DNA of 19,570 nucleotides from a virus (Duplodnaviria; Heunggongvirae; Uroviricota; Caudoviricetes): IMG/VR virus record IMGVR_UViG_2541047862_000007; one strand, 5' to 3'. Shown piece by piece: positions 15,443 to 19,570 of this stretch (position 1 is its first letter; each line of letters starts with the position of its first letter). The notes under the pieces were generated by a model. It saw only the letters and a program-made list of their open reading frames with translations, ran no database searches and was not told where the DNA came from. The position numbers and the translations under genes were made by a program.

Positions 15443-15532
15443 CCCACCAGCAAGCCAGCACACTGATCACATTGCCCACCAGCCGCAAATCTGGCATTGT
15501 TGGCGATGCGTTTGATTTCCTTTGTTCCCACT

Positions 15533-15560
15533 GGCGACCTATCCCGGTCGCCTTTGTTTT
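15533..15560 (+). terminator. Rho-independent terminator for the plus-strand small-gene unit
   Basis: GGCGACC-TATCCC-GGTCGCC hairpin followed by TTTGTTTT. Confidence 0.55.
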
Positions 15561-15610
15561 GCCTGTTATCCAGCAACGGGGCGCTTTTTCTTTCTGTAAC
15601 GTTCGGATCG

Positions 15611-16168
15611 TTACACATTGCTTTCACCCTCCAGAAAATCAGGCTGATATTTACGCCATAGCGCCCGCTCTTCTCGTTCCAGTGCATCTTTTGCCTCTTT
15701 GCATTGCTGTAACCTGTAACCGCGTTTGCTGGCTTCCTGTTGATATGCAGCCTGACGTTTACTGAAATCATTCAGCATGGCAAACGGAACACCATAACCC
15801 CCCGTTTTGCGGATTGAAGGAATCACCTCGCGGAATACCCAGTTACTGAAACGGTGCGCAAATGTGCCTGGTGTGGAAGCTTTACGGCTGCGGGCGATCA
15901 GTTTGTAGAAACCTGATTCAGAGACAACATTCCAGCTTCTGGCACCACCACGCTTACCGGAATGACCCTCGGTTAAAGCTAGGGTCATTACCTCATCGTT
16001 ATCCAGAACTGAAACGGCATCAGTAACATTGCTGATTTCCAGCGCGGCACACACATCAGCGCCAACAAACCACGGCTCGCCGTTGATACTCACTATGCGC
16101 ACCTGAATGTCATCGAATTTAATGACAGAGATTTCAGTGCGACCAGCATAAAAGACAGGTTTACGCAT
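15611..16168 (-). CDS. Bro-N domain protein (phage antirepressor-type), 185 aa
   Basis: IQVRIVSINGEPWFVGADVCAALEISN...LDNDE matches the Bro-N consensus (IR...DGEPWFVAKDVA.AL......LD.DE). Confidence 0.78.
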   Translation of the reverse strand: MRKPVFYAGRTEISVIKFDDIQVRIVSINGEPWFVGADVCAALEISNVTDAVSVLDNDEVMTLALTEGHSGKRGGARSWNVVSESGFYKLIARSRKASTPGTFAHRFSNWVFREVIPSIRKTGGYGVPFAMLNDFSKRQAAYQQEASKRGYRLQQCKEAKDALEREERALWRKYQPDFLEGESNV

Positions 16169-16961
16169 GGCTGCTCACCTCCATGCGGCGGGCTAACCAG
16201 CGTTGCGAAAGGCGAATTAATTCAGCTTTCCGCTGGTGGTAGTCCAGGCCTAACTCAATCAGCGTGATATTGCTCTGCTCAAGGTAAGAAAGGTGCTCAA
16301 GCTGCAACACGCTCATGTGGTCGCGTGGTTCACCTGTGATGCCGTTCGCCTGCGCCCACTGTTTTGCAGTCATGCCACCCAGCACGATACGCGCCAGCAT
16401 ATTAGCTTCCGTAGTGTAGTGGTGCTGGAGCGTGTTTTTACCCAGTTCAGCCCGGTACGCCTCCAGCGCGGCACACATTGGCTTAAAGTAGCTGGCTACG
16501 GTGATACGGGCTTTCAGTTCCCGGCGTAACGCTGCGGAACGTACAGGCGCTACCTTGTGTAGCTCCTCCTCGCATTTGATGAAGTACTGACGAACGGCGC
16601 GGCCCTGTTCGGTGCGTTCGATCATTGCCAGTTCTTTCGCCATATTCAGGGTGAGTAAGTAATCATGAGCAAGCTGCTGGCGAGATTTTGCGCTCGCCGA
16701 ATTGGGTGAGGTCAAATATTTGACGACTTCAAAATCTACTCCCTTTTTAAATCCATACTCCTCAATGCGCCCTTTAATCCAATTGGTGAAATCACGGCCT
16801 ACCCCGAGCGCATTATGCAACGTTCTAGCGCTAACAATATTGGTTTCACGCCCGCCAATAACGCCGGAAATAACCGGGATAATTTCGCCAAAATTTTGCA
16901 GATTCTGGTTTTCAGGCCGAACGAAGCCCTGCCCCTGTACGGGCGTTTTTCGCAGTTTCAT
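16161..16961 (-). CDS. Phage antirepressor (AntA/Rha-like N-terminal domain with KilA-C-like C-terminal region), 266 aa
   Basis: N-terminal IVSARTLHNALGVGRDFTNWIK and central GRAVRQYFIKCEEEL resemble antirepressor domains; overlaps the downstream bro gene by 8 nt. Confidence 0.65.
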   Translation of the reverse strand: MKLRKTPVQGQGFVRPENQNLQNFGEIIPVISGVIGGRETNIVSARTLHNALGVGRDFTNWIKGRIEEYGFKKGVDFEVVKYLTSPNSASAKSRQQLAHDYLLTLNMAKELAMIERTEQGRAVRQYFIKCEEELHKVAPVRSAALRRELKARITVASYFKPMCAALEAYRAELGKNTLQHHYTTEANMLARIVLGGMTAKQWAQANGITGEPRDHMSVLQLEHLSYLEQSNITLIELGLDYHQRKAELIRLSQRWLARRMEVSSHA

Positions 16962-17036
16962 AAAAACACCTGCTGTCGAATTAAGTTACTTTTATTTGCT
17001 AGTGGATAGCTTGGGCAATAACCCGTAGCTATTTAA

Positions 17037-17234
17037 TCAGGCAGCCGTTCCGCGTGATTCGGCAATACGCTGATTGATCCATTCGTCAATTTCACTTTCA
17101 ACGAAAGCAATCGCTCGCGAGCCAATTTTAACTGATGCAGGAAATTTACCTTGCCCCATAAGGCGATAAATCCATGCCTTGCTATATCCAGTTCTACGCT
17201 GAACTTCTGTTAAACGAATAAGCGTATTTGACAT
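17037..17234 (-). CDS. alpA: AlpA-family transcriptional regulator / excisionase-like protein, 65 aa
   Basis: LIRLTEVQRRTGYSKAWIYRLMGQGKFPASVKIGSRAIAFVESEIDEWI is the canonical AlpA helix-turn-helix pattern; typical position near a P4-type integrase. Confidence 0.88.
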   Translation of the reverse strand: MSNTLIRLTEVQRRTGYSKAWIYRLMGQGKFPASVKIGSRAIAFVESEIDEWINQRIAESRGTAA

Positions 17235-17371
17235 CTATTTACCTCATAACGTCTACTCAATTTGACGAGGTAATCATGGCACAGAAATAACGAATATTTT
17301 CATACCCTCAGGCCTAATGGTTACCGGAAGGAAATTAACCCTAAGGGTGATGGTAAAATTGACGGGGAAGA

Positions 17372-17417
17372 TAAAAAAAATACCCTCAGGGTAACAGTAA
17401 ATCACCCTCAGGGTATG
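17372..17417 (-). terminator. Putative intrinsic terminator formed by two copies of a palindromic repeat, downstream of the 267-aa gene
   Basis: Minus strand reads TACCCTGAGGGTG-ATTTACTGT-TACCCTGAGGGTA followed by TTTTTTTT. Confidence 0.5.
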
Positions 17418-17429
17418 TGGTATGGTGCG

Positions 17430-18233
17430 TTAATCCGGCTTTGCGTTCTTTTGGCTGTTGTCTCGGTTAATAGGGCAGGCAGTCCTCTCTATGAGCGTTG
17501 CAAGAGCATTACTTGCCCCCCACTGCTTAAGCTCCCTGGTTATCGCTTCTTGATTTCCCCTGGTGGCAAAATCATTTTCTGGATCGTAATTGGCCCACTC
17601 TCTGTTTCTAATCTCAAGAGCCTTAGCTAATGGGTCTTTATCCCAGTATTTATATAAGTGTATCGGGCGCTCTTGCTCTAACTGCTCTATCCTTGCCCTT
17701 AACTCTGCGTTTTCTCTTTCCAGCATTGCGATTTGGGATAATAAATCATCCTCTGTACGCAACTCTTTCTTTTCAATATCGCGTCCTTGTGCCTCGTCAT
17801 TTTCAGAAGAGTTAGCGCCTTCCAGCTTCGTTAACGCGTCAAGGACATCGGGAAAAATTGCGAAAATTTCACCCCTTATAAATCCAATGTTCTCAAATTC
17901 GGGATCTTCCCAATAACCGGACACCAGAAAACCATTTTCATCCCTCTCACCAGGTAAACAACCATGTTTCCGAACCGCATCCAGATTTCTATAAAGAACA
18001 TCATAATCAAATTCATCCCGATACGGGTTACAAAAAGATTCCAACAGCTTAAATTCATTTACTGTGTACAGGCGGATATGTTCTCCGCTTATTCTCCTGA
18101 GTATCCAAGTTATGAGATCTGAAACATCATAATCATCACCAGCGACCTTAAGCACGACCTCAAGAAATTCACGTAAAGAAATAAAATCTTTTTTGTATTC
18201 GTTTAATTCGGCATGAATATCAATCATACGCAC
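17430..18233 (-). CDS. Hypothetical protein with central coiled-coil, 267 aa
   Basis: GAGGTG Shine-Dalgarno 6 nt upstream of the ATG; AT-rich relative to neighbours; heptad-like segment LLSQIAMLERENAELRARIEQLEQE; no recognisable catalytic motif. Confidence 0.7.
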   Translation of the reverse strand: MRMIDIHAELNEYKKDFISLREFLEVVLKVAGDDYDVSDLITWILRRISGEHIRLYTVNEFKLLESFCNPYRDEFDYDVLYRNLDAVRKHGCLPGERDENGFLVSGYWEDPEFENIGFIRGEIFAIFPDVLDALTKLEGANSSENDEAQGRDIEKKELRTEDDLLSQIAMLERENAELRARIEQLEQERPIHLYKYWDKDPLAKALEIRNREWANYDPENDFATRGNQEAITRELKQWGASNALATLIERTACPINRDNSQKNAKPD

Positions 18234-18355
18234 ACCTCAGCGTCCTCTACTGTAGTGGCTGTGCCAGCCCGTCGAGGTATACGGTTTTTCGGGAGCGACC
18301 CTAGACACAGCCTTTTCTTTCGTCGCTCAAAGTCTACTACTGTATACTCAACCAG

Positions 18356-19570
18356 TCATCCACATTTTCCGAACTTGCCATGCACCACGTTGCCGCCCTG
18401 TTCCAGTGAGTCCATATAGTCGGCGTACCACTGGAGCATCTCGCGCCGCCCGTCCAGATATTGCGCATGATTGTACGTGCCACGAATTGAGTTCTTATCA
18501 ACGTGTGCAAGCTGCGTTTCTATCCACGCGGTGTTATAGCCCTGCTCATGTAAAATCGTGCTCATCGTGTGCCGGAACCCATGACCAGTAACGCGCCCAG
18601 AATAGCCAATACGACGAATAAGCACGTTCATCGCCATTTCACTCATCGGCTTACTGTGCTGGATTCGACCAGGGAAAATAAACTGATACTGCCCCGTCAT
18701 GTGTTTTAACTGTTCCAGAATAGCGATCGCCTGTTCTGAAAGCGGCACACAATGAGGACGGCGCATCTTCATTCGTTCTTTAGGCACTTCCCACAAACGA
18801 TTATCAAAATCGATCTCCTGCCATTCTGCCTGTCGTAATTCCCCTGGCCGGAGCCCTGTCAGAATCAATAATCGCATACCCAGCTTGACGATCTGGCTTC
18901 CGGTGTACGTATTAAGAACGCGGAAAAATTCCGGCAGTTCGTCGGCCTTCAAATAGGCATAATGCTCTTTTTTGTGTGGAGCAAATGCGCTTGCCAGATC
19001 TGGTGCGGGGTTATATTCAGCGCGTCCGGTGATGATTGCGTACCGGAACACCTCGCCGCATCGCTGGCGAACCTTACGCAATTTTTCGGTCGCCCCACGG
19101 TCATTAAGACGGGAGAGAACCGCAAGCAACTCCATTGGCTTAATTTCTGCGATCGGCCTGCCGCCAATGTACGGAAAAACGTCTTTTTCAAACGTCTCGA
19201 TCATTTCCTCGGCGTATGACGATGACCACCTGTCGATCCGCTTTTCATACCATTCGCGAGCGATACCCTCAAAAGTATTGCCAAATTTGCTCGCCTGTTC
19301 TCGCTTTTGAGCTTTTCTGGCCTCACTTGGATTTATACCACCAGCAAGAAGCCTTTTAGCCTCATCCCTTGCCGCTCTGGCATCAGACAGAGACACATCA
19401 GGGTACACGCCCAACGACAACATTTTGGGCTTTCCTGCAAATCTGTAACGTAGTCGCCACCCTTTCGAGCCGTTCGGCTCAATGAGTAACGAAAGCCCGT
19501 TACCGTCATTGAGTGTATAAGCCTTTTCTTTCGGCTTCGCGCGCCTGATAGCAAGGTCTGAAAGCAGCAT
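18356..19570 (-). CDS. int: Tyrosine recombinase / integrase of the P4 integrase family, 404 aa
   Basis: N-terminal AIRRAKPKEKAYTLNDGNGLSL and RLRYRF motifs typical of P4-type integrases; C-terminal catalytic HGFRHT (HxxR) and RGTYNHAQY (tyrosine) motifs. Confidence 0.92.
   Translation of the reverse strand: MLLSDLAIRRAKPKEKAYTLNDGNGLSLLIEPNGSKGWRLRYRFAGKPKMLSLGVYPDVSLSDARAARDEAKRLLAGGINPSEARKAQKREQASKFGNTFEGIAREWYEKRIDRWSSSYAEEMIETFEKDVFPYIGGRPIAEIKPMELLAVLSRLNDRGATEKLRKVRQRCGEVFRYAIITGRAEYNPAPDLASAFAPHKKEHYAYLKADELPEFFRVLNTYTGSQIVKLGMRLLILTGLRPGELRQAEWQEIDFDNRLWEVPKERMKMRRPHCVPLSEQAIAILEQLKHMTGQYQFIFPGRIQHSKPMSEMAMNVLIRRIGYSGRVTGHGFRHTMSTILHEQGYNTAWIETQLAHVDKNSIRGTYNHAQYLDGRREMLQWYADYMDSLEQGGNVVHGKFGKCG

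Larger units (their letters stand above)
1972..19570 (-). mobile_element. Integrase-bearing integrative element with satellite-type architecture (int, alpA, antirepressors, primase plus ori, cargo), partial; ends not defined in window
   Basis: Gene content and order; P4-type integrases normally sit beside a tRNA gene, which would lie beyond 19570; the far end may be disrupted by the IS110-family element. Confidence 0.5.

Noticed and set aside
15472-15765. 97-aa plus-strand ORF downstream of the small-gene terminator
   Set aside because: Begins inside the terminator region and runs antisense into the Bro-N gene
14581-15771. 396-aa minus-strand ORF spanning the control region
   Set aside because: Runs antisense through two plus-strand genes with good ribosome-binding sites and through the palindromic operator region; Cys-rich, low-complexity translation; only its last 67 codons (14581-14784) have a plausible start and are kept as a low-confidence feature
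18213-19554. Short ORFs overlapping or antisense to the integrase gene
   Set aside because: Embedded in a strongly supported integrase CDS
1-19570. CRISPR arrays, tRNA or rRNA genes
   Set aside because: No regularly spaced direct-repeat array and no cloverleaf-like or rRNA-like segment were found; the attachment-site tRNA is expected outside the window beyond 19570

Overview
The window runs from the stop codon of an IS110-family transposase (pos 1) to the start codon of a P4-type tyrosine integrase (pos 19570); almost every real gene is on the minus strand. Order from the integrase end: int, a 267-aa hypothetical, alpA, an antirepressor, a Bro-N protein, a divergent control region with palindromic operators and two small plus-strand genes (one Arc/ribbon-helix-helix-like), a replication module (small ORFs, primase-helicase, iteron-type origin, SSB-like protein, ProQ/FinO-domain protein, 138-aa hypothetical), a strong terminator, a small RHH-like gene, then a translationally coupled cargo operon of three large proteins (843 aa, 686 aa with an HExxH motif, about 918-925 aa) plus a small two-helix membrane protein, a terminator, an AT-rich spacer and the IS110-family element. 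This matches the layout of tRNA-integrating satellite-type islands of Enterobacteriaceae (P4-like or PICI-like); no capsid, terminase, tail or lysis genes are in the window. The cargo operon is the main candidate for an undescribed system: I cannot place any of its proteins in a known family from sequence alone. Family assignments are from motif recognition by eye, not database searches. CDS coordinates follow the supplied ORF track; non-coding coordinates were counted by hand and are approximate (about +/-3 nt), and my reading of the printed sequence was offset by 1 nt from the track near 5040-5100. No tRNA, rRNA or CRISPR array was seen.
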